64,000 nt of DNA, from assembly GCA_041674525.1 (NCBI GenBank), contig JBAYVN010000003.1, positions 202 to 64,201 on the forward strand, read 5' to 3'. Position numbers and translations under genes: made by a program. Shown here piece after piece: positions 7,893 to 16,815 of this stretch (its first letter is position 1; every line of letters starts with the position of its first letter). The notes beneath the pieces are model-generated. The model was not told the origin of the DNA, did no database searches, and saw nothing but the letters and a program-made list of their open reading frames with translations. Origin of the DNA: Dehalococcoidia bacterium. Its GTDB lineage: Bacteria > Chloroflexota > Dehalococcoidia > UBA2979.

Positions 7893-10800
7893 CCGCCCGG
7901 GCGCGGGGTCGGTGTGGGCGTCGGCGTCGGCGTGGCCACTATGCCTTTGTTCCGGACGACCACGGTCATCTCCGTCACCGTGTCGCCGAAGGAGGCGTCC
8001 GTCAGCGTGACACGCAGCGTGTACGCGCCATCCTCCACCGCCGCCGTATCCCACGTCGCGATCGCCCCGTTCAGCACCGGCGAGGTCTTGCGGTCCATGG
8101 GGTACCAGGTGGTGGGACTCAGCCCCACGCCGACCTCGGCGCGCACCGCCGAGAAGTGGCCGGACGTCGCGACGCCGTTGATCGCCACCTTCCCTGCCAG
8201 CACCGCGCCGTCCGCGGGGGACGTCACCACCAGCTGGGGGGCGCTGTCCGCGCTCCCACCGCCGCCCACCGTGACGGGCACGGCGTACACCCTCGTGCCG
8301 AGCTTCGTGTCCTCCAGTCGCACCCGCAGCGTGTACACGCCGTTCGGCACGTCCTTCACGTTCCACGTCCCCAGCGTTCCGCCGGAGATGCGGTTCGTCG
8401 AGGCGTTGATGCGCACCCACGAGGCGGGCTGCGTCCCGCGCCCCCACTCCAGGGTGTACCGATCGAAGTCAGGTGAGTCCGCGCGGCCGATCACGTTGAT
8501 CGTGCCGCTGATCCCCTGGCCCGCCTGGGGACTGGTGATCAGCGCGGGGAGCGCGCCATCGGGCTCGGTGGCGTCCGGTGCGAGGAGCGACAGGACGCCG
8601 GCCTTCGCGGCCCATTCCTTCAGCCCGCCCCAGCCGGCGATCTCCTCGGGCGGCATCACGAGCCGCACCTGCTGGGTGACGAAGTTCGCGGGTGTCTGCG
8701 GCGTGGCGCGGAGTCCGGTGCGCGTGTCCAGCGCGATCTTCTGCCACCACGTGTCCACGACCTTGCCCATGTCCTTCGGGTCGGCCGGGATCTGCTCGGC
8801 CGCGTACAGGCTGCTGTAGCGGTTCATCTGCGGGCACAGCTCGGTGGGGAGTTTGCCGGAGGGCCAGCACACCTCCTTCTCCACCACGCCGGGAGGCCGC
8901 GTGAAGTTGGTCGGGGGGAGCTTGAGCTCCGCCAGCGCATCGATCATGAACAGCTTCCACGTGCGCAGCGACACCGTAGTGGAGTCGATGCCGCGGATCG
9001 GCGCGTTATCCGAGTTCCCCGCCCACACGCCGGCGACCAGCTCGGGCGTGTAGCCCATCGTCCACGTCTCGCCGATCTGGTTGAGGTCCTCGAACGGGGC
9101 GCTGGTGCCCGTCTTCGCGGCGGACGGGTAGCCGTTCGCCAGGCCCAGGGCGTTGCACACGCCGTACGTGATGCACTGGTTCGCGCCGTTCGAGAGGATC
9201 GAGGTGACAAGGTACGCGTATTCCGAGGGAATGACGCGCCGCTCCACGGGCTGCTTGTACTCGTAGAGCACCTTCTTGTCAGAGTCGGTGACCTTCAGCA
9301 GGGCGATCGGCTCCAGGCCGCGCGTGGCCGTGTCCTTCCGGTTCGTGACCACCAGCTCCTGCCCGCGCATCACCCCCCCGGTGGCGAGCACGCTGTAGCC
9401 GATGGCCTGGTCCAGCAGCGTGATCTCGGATCCGCCGGTGGTGAGCGCGGGGCCGTACCCGCCCGGGCTGTCGAAGGTGGTGTACCCCACCTTCTTCAGC
9501 GTCGCGATTGTGTTGAGCACGCCGGCGGAGACGATGGTCTTGATCGCCGTCACGTTGAGCGAGTTCCCCAGCGCCTTGTCCGCGGTGATCGGCCCGATGT
9601 AGAACCCGATCGGATCCTTCGGCGTGAACGTGCCCCCGGTGGACGGGTCGGACACCGACACCGGCGTGTCGAGGATGGCCGTGCCCGTGCCCCAGCCGTT
9701 CATGAACGCGGTCATGTACGTGAAGGGCTTGAGCGTGGACCCCGGCGAGTTCCGCGCGACCACGTTGTCGTTGCGCCCCTCGATCTTGTCGTCGAAATAA
9801 TCGCGGCTGCCCACGTAGGTCAGGATCTGCCCGGTCTTCGGGTCCACGGCCACGAACGCGCCGTTGTGCGCCCCTGCCGCATCGCCGAAGTCGGTCAGCG
9901 TCTTGTCCAGGGTCGTTTCGGCGTCGCGCTGCAGCTTCAGGTCGAGGGTTGTGGTGACCTCCAGCCCCTGGTCACGGAGCGCCGAGTCGCCGAAACGCTG
10001 ACGCAGCTCCTCCGCCACCCGTCCGAGGACGAAGTGCGGCGCCTCGATCTCGAACCGATCGGCCTTGAACGTCAGGGGAGCGGCCCGCGCGGCGTCCGCC
10101 TCGGCCTTCGTGATCGCGCCGCGGCGCACCATCAGGTCCAGGACCTCGCCCTGGCGCCACTTTGCCCAGCCGTCCGGGATCAGCTTCCCGTCCTTGTCGA
10201 TGTTCGACGCGGCGAACGGGTCGTAGCGGGCGGGGGACTGCGGGATGCCGGCGAGCAGGGCGCCCTCCGCGAGCGTCAGGTCGCTGGCCTTCTTGCCGAA
10301 GTACCCCTCCGAGGCCGCCTCGATGCCGACGTACAGGCCGCCGTACGAGATGGAGTTCAGGTACCACTCGAGGATCTGGTCCTTCGGGTAGCGGTCCGTG
10401 AGCTCGATGGCGATCGCGGCCTCTTTGATCTTGCGGGTGACGGATCGCTCCAGCCGCTGCTCGCGGGGGATGTACACGTTCTTCGCGAGTTGCTGCGTGA
10501 TCGAGGAGCCCCCGGAGCCGCCGAGGAAGCCGCCGCCGAACGGCGTGAAGTTCTCCATCGCCGCACGGGCGAGCCCGCGGTAGTTCACCCCCACGTTGTC
10601 CTCGAAGTCGGGGTCCTCAACGGAGATCGTGGCCTTCGTGACCCACGGGGAGATCTCGCTCAGCTTCACGGGGCGGCGCAGGCCGCTGAGCTCGTCGACG
10701 AACTCGTACATCAGCTCGCCGTGGCGGTCGTAGATGCGGGCGCCGCCCCGAGAGTACCGCGCGAGCAGCTGCTCGGGCGGTACGACGTCGCCGATCGCGG

Positions 10801-10981
10801 CGGTGTAGACGTAGGCGGCGAATCCGGCCCCGACCACGGAGAACCCGCCGATCACGGCCAGCAGCAGCGCCAGCAGGCGCATGCCGGCGAACAGGCTCTG
10901 CCCGCCGTCCAGCGTGGATGCCTCGCCGGTGATCCGGCGCCGGATGCGGCGGCGCAGGATCGAGCTGCGCCCCACGCTCAC
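7889..10981 (-). CDS. class A penicillin-binding protein (glycosyltransferase GT51 + transpeptidase) with C-terminal tandem Ig-like repeats
   Basis: 1030-aa ORF with a GTG start. GT51 motifs: VEDPDFEDNVGV, GGSSITQQLAKN, RKIKE. Transpeptidase motifs: STLK (SxxK), SLN (SxN), KTGTS (KTG). Has an N-terminal RRRIRRR tail plus a TM span and a C-terminal ~216-aa extension. Confidence 0.9.
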   Translation of the reverse strand: MSVGRSSILRRRIRRRITGEASTLDGGQSLFAGMRLLALLLAVIGGFSVVGAGFAAYVYTAAIGDVVPPEQLLARYSRGGARIYDRHGELMYEFVDELSGLRRPVKLSEISPWVTKATISVEDPDFEDNVGVNYRGLARAAMENFTPFGGGFLGGSGGSSITQQLAKNVYIPREQRLERSVTRKIKEAAIAIELTDRYPKDQILEWYLNSISYGGLYVGIEAASEGYFGKKASDLTLAEGALLAGIPQSPARYDPFAASNIDKDGKLIPDGWAKWRQGEVLDLMVRRGAITKAEADAARAAPLTFKADRFEIEAPHFVLGRVAEELRQRFGDSALRDQGLEVTTTLDLKLQRDAETTLDKTLTDFGDAAGAHNGAFVAVDPKTGQILTYVGSRDYFDDKIEGRNDNVVARNSPGSTLKPFTYMTAFMNGWGTGTAILDTPVSVSDPSTGGTFTPKDPIGFYIGPITADKALGNSLNVTAIKTIVSAGVLNTIATLKKVGYTTFDSPGGYGPALTTGGSEITLLDQAIGYSVLATGGVMRGQELVVTNRKDTATRGLEPIALLKVTDSDKKVLYEYKQPVERRVIPSEYAYLVTSILSNGANQCITYGVCNALGLANGYPSAAKTGTSAPFEDLNQIGETWTMGYTPELVAGVWAGNSDNAPIRGIDSTTVSLRTWKLFMIDALAELKLPPTNFTRPPGVVEKEVCWPSGKLPTELCPQMNRYSSLYAAEQIPADPKDMGKVVDTWWQKIALDTRTGLRATPQTPANFVTQQVRLVMPPEEIAGWGGLKEWAAKAGVLSLLAPDATEPDGALPALITSPQAGQGISGTINVIGRADSPDFDRYTLEWGRGTQPASWVRINASTNRISGGTLGTWNVKDVPNGVYTLRVRLEDTKLGTRVYAVPVTVGGGGSADSAPQLVVTSPADGAVLAGKVAINGVATSGHFSAVRAEVGVGLSPTTWYPMDRKTSPVLNGAIATWDTAAVEDGAYTLRVTLTDASFGDTVTEMTVVVRNKGIVATPTPTPTPTPRPGG

Positions 10982-11781
10982 GAGGCCACCTCGTCGCGGC
11001 GCAGCACGACCAGGTGCGACAGGCCGAAGCGCCGCAGCGCGTTGCCCTCGGCCCAGTAGCAGAACCCGCGCACCGCTCTCGCCAGCACCCGCGATCGCGT
11101 CTCGATGTTGTCGAAGCCGGGGTACACATACCCGTGGTCGATGATCCGCAGCGGGGTCCCGGCGATCAGCCGGCGCCAGTCATCGTGACGGTAGGCCCGG
11201 GCGTGTGGCACCAGCCGGTCACGGAGGACGCCCGGCAGCCAGTTCACGAACGGGATGTTCCCGAAGATGTAGCGGCCCCGCCAGTAGATGCCGTGCGTCT
11301 CGAACGGGTAGAGTCGGTTGGGCGCGAAGAGGATGCACGTCCCACCGGGCCGGAGCACCCGCGCCACCTCGCGCAGCGTCGCGCGATCGTCCTGCACATG
11401 CTCGATGACCTCGTTCAGCACGATGAGGTCGAATGCGCCGTCGCGAAAGGGGAGCGCTTCCCCCGCGGCCGCCAGGAAGCCATCCACGCCCCGCGTCGCC
11501 GTCGCCTCCACGCGCTGCTGCGCCTCCACGAGGCGTTCCGTGGCGATGTCCGTGCCCAGGGCGCGCGCGCCACGGCGAGCAAAGGCACGAACGTATTCCC
11601 CCAGGCCGCAGCCGAGATCGAGCACGCGCCGCCCGCGGAGCGCGGTGTACCGTTCGATGAGGGCCAGCCGGCGATCCTGCCCTGAGCGCCACACGAACGA
11701 GGGGTTGCCCAGCCGCGCCGCCTCCGGCTCGCCCGCCAGCGGCGCGTGCGCCGGGGCCACCGTGGAGGGGGAGTCCGTCAT
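10978..11781 (-). CDS. class I SAM-dependent methyltransferase
   Basis: Internal ATG 11781 of track ORF 10978..12123 (MTDSPSTVAP...). Motif I is VLDLGCGLGEY; also DLIVLNEVIEHV and VLRPGG. Its TGA overlaps the PBP GTG start (GTGA). Confidence 0.8.
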   Translation of the reverse strand: MTDSPSTVAPAHAPLAGEPEAARLGNPSFVWRSGQDRRLALIERYTALRGRRVLDLGCGLGEYVRAFARRGARALGTDIATERLVEAQQRVEATATRGVDGFLAAAGEALPFRDGAFDLIVLNEVIEHVQDDRATLREVARVLRPGGTCILFAPNRLYPFETHGIYWRGRYIFGNIPFVNWLPGVLRDRLVPHARAYRHDDWRRLIAGTPLRIIDHGYVYPGFDNIETRSRVLARAVRGFCYWAEGNALRRFGLSHLVVLRRDEVAS

Positions 11782-11946
11782 CGTCGCTCCTGCCGATCGG
11801 CGAGCCGCAACCGCGACCCTCCGATGGTATGACCGATGGTATGCCCTCTGGCCCGGTGGGGAGGCGCCTTCTAGAATAGCCTCACACCCGGACACCTTCA
11901 TCGTCCACCCCGAATCATCGTCCACCCGGAATCCTGGGAGCGCGCC

Positions 11947-12234
11947 ATGGCCCTGACCACCGATGAGGTGCGCTACATCGCGAAACTCGCGCGTGTCGCA
12001 CTGACCGACGCGGAGGTGGATCGCCTGGGCGGCGAGCTGTCCACCATCCTCGACCACTTCCAGGTGCTGAACGACATCGACACGCAGGATGTTCCGCCGA
12101 CCGCCCAGTCCTTCGACCTGCATAACGTGGAGCGACCCGACGAGACGCGCCCGTCCTACGCGCTGGAGGACATCCTCCTGAACGCGCCTCGACGCGAGGA
12201 CGGCTACATCCGCGTGCGCGGCGTGCTCGATTGA
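11947..12234 (+). CDS. gatC: Asp-tRNA(Asn)/Glu-tRNA(Gln) amidotransferase subunit C
   Basis: 95-aa ORF (MALTTDEVRYIAKLARVALTDAEVDRLGGELSTILDHFQVLNDIDT...) with the typical GatC pattern, immediately followed by gatA. Confidence 0.9.
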   Translation: MALTTDEVRYIAKLARVALTDAEVDRLGGELSTILDHFQVLNDIDTQDVPPTAQSFDLHNVERPDETRPSYALEDILLNAPRREDGYIRVRGVLD

Positions 12235-12245
12235 GCGAGCACGAG

Positions 12246-13712
12246 ATGACCGTCGACCTCGATCGGACCGCCCACGAGCACGCGGCCTGCCTCCGGGCGG
12301 GGGACTACACCTCCCGCGCCCTGACGGAGGCGACCCTCGCCCGCATTCATGCGCAGGACAGCGACCTGAACGCGTACATCACCTTCACCGACGAGCTCGC
12401 GCTCGCCGAGGCGGACGAGGCCGATGCGCGCCTCCGCTCCGGGGACCCCGGTCCGCTGGTCGGCGTCCCGGTGGCGGTGAAGGATCTGCTCTCCACCCAG
12501 GGCATCCAGACCACCGCCGCCTCGAAGATGCTCGAGGGATTCGTCCCGATCGTGGATTGCACGGTCGTGCGGCGGCTGAAGCAGGCGGGCGCCGTGATCG
12601 TCGGCAAGACGAACCTGGACGAGTTCGCCATGGGCTCCTCCACGGAGCACTCCGCGTTCGGTCCCACCCGCAACCCCTGGGCGCTGGACCGCGTGCCCGG
12701 CGGATCCTCGGGAGGCTCGGCCGCCACCGTGGCCTCGCGAGGGGTGCCGCTCTCGCTCGGCACGGACACCGGAGGCTCCATCCGCCAGCCCGCCGCACTG
12801 TGCGGGATCGTGGGGCTGAAGCCGACGTACGGGCGCGTCTCGCGCTTCGGGGTCGTCGCATTCGCCTCGTCGCTGGAGCAGGTGGGCCCCTTCGCGCGCG
12901 ATGCCGAGGATGCCGCGAACCTCCTGGGCGCGATAGCCGGGCGCGACGACATGGACTCCACCACCGCGCCCGTGCCCGTGCCGGACTACACCGAGCGCTT
13001 CGCGCGCGGCTTGGAGGGGCTCCGCGTCGCCGTGCCGGAGGCCTTCTTCGGCGATGGCCTGGACGCCGGGGTGCGTGCCTGCATCGAGCAGGCGATCACC
13101 GACCTCGCCGCCCACGGCGCGATCATCGACCGGGACGTGGCGCTCCCGGCAGCCTCCGCGGCGCTCCCCGTCTACTACATCATCGCCCCCTCGGAGGCCT
13201 CCGCGAACCTCGCACGGTACGACGGCGTGAAGTACGGCTTCTCCGTGCGGGACGGGCGCAGCGTGGAAGACGAGATGGCCCAGACGCGCGGCCGGGGCTT
13301 CGGCGCCGAGGTCAAGCGCCGCATCATGCTCGGCACCTATGCCCTCTCCGCCGGCTACTACGACGCCTACTACCTGAAGGCCCAGAAGGTTCGCACGCTG
13401 ATCAAGCGGGAGTTCGAGGCGGCGTTCGCCTCGCACGACGTCATCCTCACGCCCACCAGTCCCACGGTGGCGTTCCGCCTGGGCGAGAAGGTGGACGACC
13501 CCTATTCGATGTACCTGAACGACCTGTACACGATCCCGGTCAACATCGCCGGCAACCCGGCGATCAGCCTCCCGTGCGGCTTCGCGCAGGGCCTGCCCGT
13601 GGGCATGCAGCTCATCGGCCGCCCCTTCGAGGAGTCCACCCTGCTGGGCGCGACGCACGCCTACGGGGAGGTCACGGAATGGCACCGCCGGACGCCGCCC
13701 TCGCTGGCATAA
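12246..13712 (+). CDS. gatA: Asp-tRNA(Asn)/Glu-tRNA(Gln) amidotransferase subunit A
   Basis: Amidase signature GVPVAVKDL...GKTNLDEFAMGSSTE...GGSSGGSAA. ATG 12246 preferred; the track ORF begins at TTG 12231, overlapping the gatC stop. No gatB is adjacent. Confidence 0.9.
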   Translation: MTVDLDRTAHEHAACLRAGDYTSRALTEATLARIHAQDSDLNAYITFTDELALAEADEADARLRSGDPGPLVGVPVAVKDLLSTQGIQTTAASKMLEGFVPIVDCTVVRRLKQAGAVIVGKTNLDEFAMGSSTEHSAFGPTRNPWALDRVPGGSSGGSAATVASRGVPLSLGTDTGGSIRQPAALCGIVGLKPTYGRVSRFGVVAFASSLEQVGPFARDAEDAANLLGAIAGRDDMDSTTAPVPVPDYTERFARGLEGLRVAVPEAFFGDGLDAGVRACIEQAITDLAAHGAIIDRDVALPAASAALPVYYIIAPSEASANLARYDGVKYGFSVRDGRSVEDEMAQTRGRGFGAEVKRRIMLGTYALSAGYYDAYYLKAQKVRTLIKREFEAAFASHDVILTPTSPTVAFRLGEKVDDPYSMYLNDLYTIPVNIAGNPAISLPCGFAQGLPVGMQLIGRPFEESTLLGATHAYGEVTEWHRRTPPSLA

Positions 13713-14014
13713 CACCTGTATATACGCGGCGCCGGGGAGCGTAACGGACCTCCGCGGGGTCGCTGTCCCTCGTGCAGGCGTTCCGGGGCCCTCCCGGCGG
13801 GGCTGGAATCGACAGTTACGGCTGTTCTAATCATCTGGGTAATGGAACTCATACCCGAAGTGATTCCGCCGGTGCTATGCTGCCGCCCCGGTGAGAGATT
13901 TACCGGCCCCCACGCGGATTCGCGCCGCCGGCAGTCCAACTCACAGTAATCAGGAACCCAGGGACCCCGCGGGGCGGCTGTGTCCGGATGCCGCGGGAAG
14001 CAAGTGGGGGTGAC

Positions 14015-15169
14015 ATGACGACGACACCAGCCTTCAGCCCGGGACTCGAAGGGGTCCCGATCGCGGAATCCGCGCTCTCGCTCGTGGAGGGCATGGCGGG
14101 GCGTCTCTCGTACCGTGGCTACTCCATCGAGGAGCTCACCTCGCCGGAGAACACGTTCGAGGAGATCGTCGCGCTGCTCTACGACGGCGAGCTCCCGAAC
14201 GCCGCGCGCATCGCGGCGATTGCCGCGCAGATGGAAGCCGCCCGCGGCCTCACGCCGGAGCAGATCGACATCGCCCGCGCGGCAGCCAAGATCACGCACC
14301 CCATGTTCGCGCTGCAGTCCGCCTCCGCGACGCTGGGCCCGAAGGTGAATGACTTCGAGCCGAAGGTCGCCACGGTGCAGGAGCGCGGCATCGCTGCGCT
14401 GGCGAAGATGGGCCACCTGGTCGGCGTCATCGCCCAGGCGTACCAGGACCGCCCCTACGACGGCCCGAAGGCGGGCGAAAGCCACGCCGAGATGATGCTG
14501 CGCATGATCACCGGTGAGAAGCCGTCGAAGCTCCACCTGCGGGTCATGGACGCGCTGCTGATCATGATGGCGGACCACTCCGCCGGGAACGCCTCCACCT
14601 TCACCTCGCGCGTGGTCACCTCGACGAAGTCGGAGCCGGAGGCGGTGGTCTCCGCCTCGGTCGGCGCGCTGTCCGGCCCGGCCCACGGCGGCGCCAACGA
14701 GCAGTCGCTCCGGCTCTTCGAGAGCATGGGCGCGCCCGAGGGTGCGAAGCCGAAGATCGAGAAGATGCTCGAAGAGGGCTACAAGATCCCGGGCTTCGGT
14801 CACCGCGTGTACCACGTGAAGGACCCGCGCTCGAAGGTCATCCAGAAGCTCGCGGACGAGGTCATCGTCCCCGGCTCGCGCGTGGCGGACCTGTACTCGA
14901 TCTCCCTGTCCGTTGAGGACGTGGCGACCGAGCGACTGGGCCACCGTGGCCTGTTCCCGAACGTGGACCTGTTCTCCGGCTGCGTGTTTGCCGCCATCGG
15001 CATCCCGACCGACCTGTTCACCCCCATTTTCGCCGCGTCCCGGACGCTGGGCTGGATGGCGAACATGAAGGAGCAGTGGGAGTCGGGCAACCGCATCTTC
15101 CGCCCGGCCCAGATCTACACCGGCCCCACGCCCCCGCGCGACTACATCCCGCGCTCCGTGCGCGGATAG
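14015..15169 (+). CDS. citrate synthase family protein (small type II citrate / 2-methylcitrate synthase)
   Basis: Citrate synthase blocks are GLEGV, LSYRGY, ADHSAGNAST, SGPAHGGANE, GFGHRVY and NVDLFSG. ATG 14015 is preceded by GGGGGTGA. Confidence 0.85.
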   Translation: MTTTPAFSPGLEGVPIAESALSLVEGMAGRLSYRGYSIEELTSPENTFEEIVALLYDGELPNAARIAAIAAQMEAARGLTPEQIDIARAAAKITHPMFALQSASATLGPKVNDFEPKVATVQERGIAALAKMGHLVGVIAQAYQDRPYDGPKAGESHAEMMLRMITGEKPSKLHLRVMDALLIMMADHSAGNASTFTSRVVTSTKSEPEAVVSASVGALSGPAHGGANEQSLRLFESMGAPEGAKPKIEKMLEEGYKIPGFGHRVYHVKDPRSKVIQKLADEVIVPGSRVADLYSISLSVEDVATERLGHRGLFPNVDLFSGCVFAAIGIPTDLFTPIFAASRTLGWMANMKEQWESGNRIFRPAQIYTGPTPPRDYIPRSVRG

Positions 15170-15206
15170 CATCCCGGGGCCCCTCGAGCCCCGCGAGCGC
15201 AGATCG

Positions 15207-15236
15207 AACAGGCCGCCCGAGAGGGCGGCCTGTTTC
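15207..15236 (+). terminator. putative intrinsic terminator hairpin downstream of citrate synthase
   Basis: Perfect 12-bp stem AACAGGCCGCCC / GGGCGGCCTGTT with a GAGA loop (15207-15234). The U tract is short (TTT, partly inside the stem), hence moderate confidence. Confidence 0.55.
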
Positions 15237-15723
15237 GCGTCCCGGCACGTCGAGGGGTTGAGATGGATGGGGGCTCCGCCCCCATCCGGCGGGCCCCTGC
15301 GGGGCGGGGCGGACAGCGCGGACCCGTCGCGTCGCCGCGCGACCCTCCGGTTCACGGTGCGTCGCCGGACGGCAACCCCTACCCTCCCGACGCGGTTCGT
15401 GGCGACGCAAGACGCGGTTGCCCCAGAGGTCCCCTCGTTGCCCAGGAGTCGGTAGTATTTCGATGGTGGTCAGACCGCCCGGTAAGGGCCGGTGAGACTC
15501 GAGGGCGCTGGGCGCTCACCGGCTACCACCACCTTGGCGTCACGGAGGCATCACCGCCGCCCGTCGAGCGCACGCCCCGCCTCCCGCGCCGGGACGAGGG
15601 TAGGGAGATGGGCCACCCCGCTCGGATCTGGACGCGCCCTTGATCAGCCGCCTCTGGTTGGCGCGCTGCTCCGAGGCGCGCGACCAGATGAAGTCCGAGG
15701 GCGTCCCGCGCGTCGCCCCTCGC

Positions 15724-15773
15724 GGCCCGCAGGTCCGGTGCGGGCGGCGCGGGTATCCAGCGCGTCGAGCCCG
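15724..15773 (-). repeat. copy A of a ~50-nt structured repeat, immediately 3' of the trpS stop
   Basis: GGCCCGCAGGTCCGGTGCGGGCGGCGCGGGTATCCAGCGCGTCGAGCCCG. 44 of 48 aligned positions are identical to copy B at 16816-16863, plus a 2-nt indel. Confidence 0.7.
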
Positions 15774-16781
15774 CTAAGACAGGTAGTTCAGGCCCATCGC
15801 GTCGCGGACCTCGCGGATTGTCTCGGCGGCGACGGTGCGGGTGAACTCCGTGCCGGCGGCGAGGGCGTCACGGACCTCCGAGGGGTGCGCGTCGTAGTAG
15901 GCGCGGCGGTCGCGGATGGGGTCGAGGAACGCGTTGAGTGCGATGGTGAGCTTCTGCTTTACCTCCACGTCGCCCACCGCGCCCCGGACGTAGCGCTCCT
16001 TCAGGTCGTTCACCTCGTCGAGGTTCGGGTTGAAGGCGTCGTGGTACATGAAGACCGGGTTGCCCTCGACATGCCCGGGGTCGGTGGCGCGCAGGCGCGT
16101 GGGGTCGGTGAACATGCTGCGCACCTTCTTCGCGACGGTATCCGCGTCGTCCTTCAGGTAGATCGCGTTGTTCAGCGACTTCGACATCTTCGCGTTGCCA
16201 TCGACCCCGACGAGGCGCGGGACGCGACCGACCAGCGGCTCCGGCTCCGGGAACAGGTCGACGTTGAAGATGCGGTTGAAGCGCCGCGCGATCTCCCTCG
16301 TCAGCTCGATGTGCGGCAGCTGGTCTTCGCCGACCGGGACGAGGTGCGCCTTCGGCATCAGGATGTTGGACGCCTGCATCATCGGGTAATTGAAGAAGGC
16401 CACGGGCACCGAGTCGCCCTCGAGGTTCGCCATCTCTGCCTTCAGCGTCGGGTTGCGCTGGAGCATGCCCAGCGGCACCCACCACGAGAGCCACGTGGTC
16501 AGCTCCGCGTGCTCCGTGACGAGGCTCTCGATCTCGAAGTGGCTGCCCTGCGGGTCCAGGCCCACGGCCAGCCAGTCCTTTGCCACCTCGAACACATTGC
16601 CGTGCACGGCGGAGATGTCGTCCGCGTGGTCGGAGACCTGGAAGTCGGCGATCAGGAAGAAGCACTCGTACTCGCGTTGGAGGCGGATCCAGTTCTCCAG
16701 CGCCCCCACGTAGTGGCCGAGGTGCAGCGCGCCCGTGGGCCGCACGCCGGTCAGGATGCGCTTGCGCGGTTCCGTGGTCAT
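15774..16781 (-). CDS. trpS: tryptophan--tRNA ligase
   Basis: 335-aa ORF. Contains GVRPTGALHLGHYVG (HIGH-type motif), KMSKS, and conserved TrpRS blocks (FLIADFQ, YPMMQASNIL, VPVGEDQLPHIELTREIARRFN). Confidence 0.92.
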   Translation of the reverse strand: MTTEPRKRILTGVRPTGALHLGHYVGALENWIRLQREYECFFLIADFQVSDHADDISAVHGNVFEVAKDWLAVGLDPQGSHFEIESLVTEHAELTTWLSWWVPLGMLQRNPTLKAEMANLEGDSVPVAFFNYPMMQASNILMPKAHLVPVGEDQLPHIELTREIARRFNRIFNVDLFPEPEPLVGRVPRLVGVDGNAKMSKSLNNAIYLKDDADTVAKKVRSMFTDPTRLRATDPGHVEGNPVFMYHDAFNPNLDEVNDLKERYVRGAVGDVEVKQKLTIALNAFLDPIRDRRAYYDAHPSEVRDALAAGTEFTRTVAAETIREVRDAMGLNYLS

Positions 16782-16815
16782 CGTGCAGTCCCTCTGGTCG
16801 CGGCCTCCCCGTTGG

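Noticed and set aside
7895-7950. Short-period DNA repeat (cggtgtgggcgtcggcgtcggcgtgg), considered as a microsatellite or CRISPR-like signal.
   Set aside because: It is simply the coding sequence of the (Thr-Pro)n tail of the PBP on the minus strand. There are no spacers and no repeat-spacer architecture, and I found no CRISPR array anywhere in the window.
6612-8447. N-terminal 600 aa of track ORF 6048..8447 (-), and similar long alternative-frame ORFs: 5140..6687 upstream part, 16735..18588, 17339..19270, 22037..23920, 23055..25070, 46606..48576.
   Set aside because: Only the 3' ends of the first two correspond to real genes (the RDD protein and the membrane protein). The rest are antisense or out of frame to well-supported genes (HExxH protein, PBP, argS, recG, degV, yloV, nuoB, nifS) and have junk-like Arg/Gly/Pro/His composition.
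13713-14014. A 300-nt gap between gatA and citrate synthase with an AT-richer centre, inspected for a riboswitch, tRNA or sRNA.
   Set aside because: I could not recognise any conserved RNA motif or a convincing stem-loop series. It most likely just holds the citrate synthase promoter. It is still worth including in an Rfam scan, but I have nothing to support a call.
15729-15745. The AGGTCCGG core in the trpS-flanking repeat resembles the SRP RNA motif CAGGUCCGGAAGGAAGCAGCC.
   Set aside because: The essential GGAAGGAAGCAGCC continuation and the symmetric-loop partner are absent, and the element occurs twice. It is not an SRP RNA.
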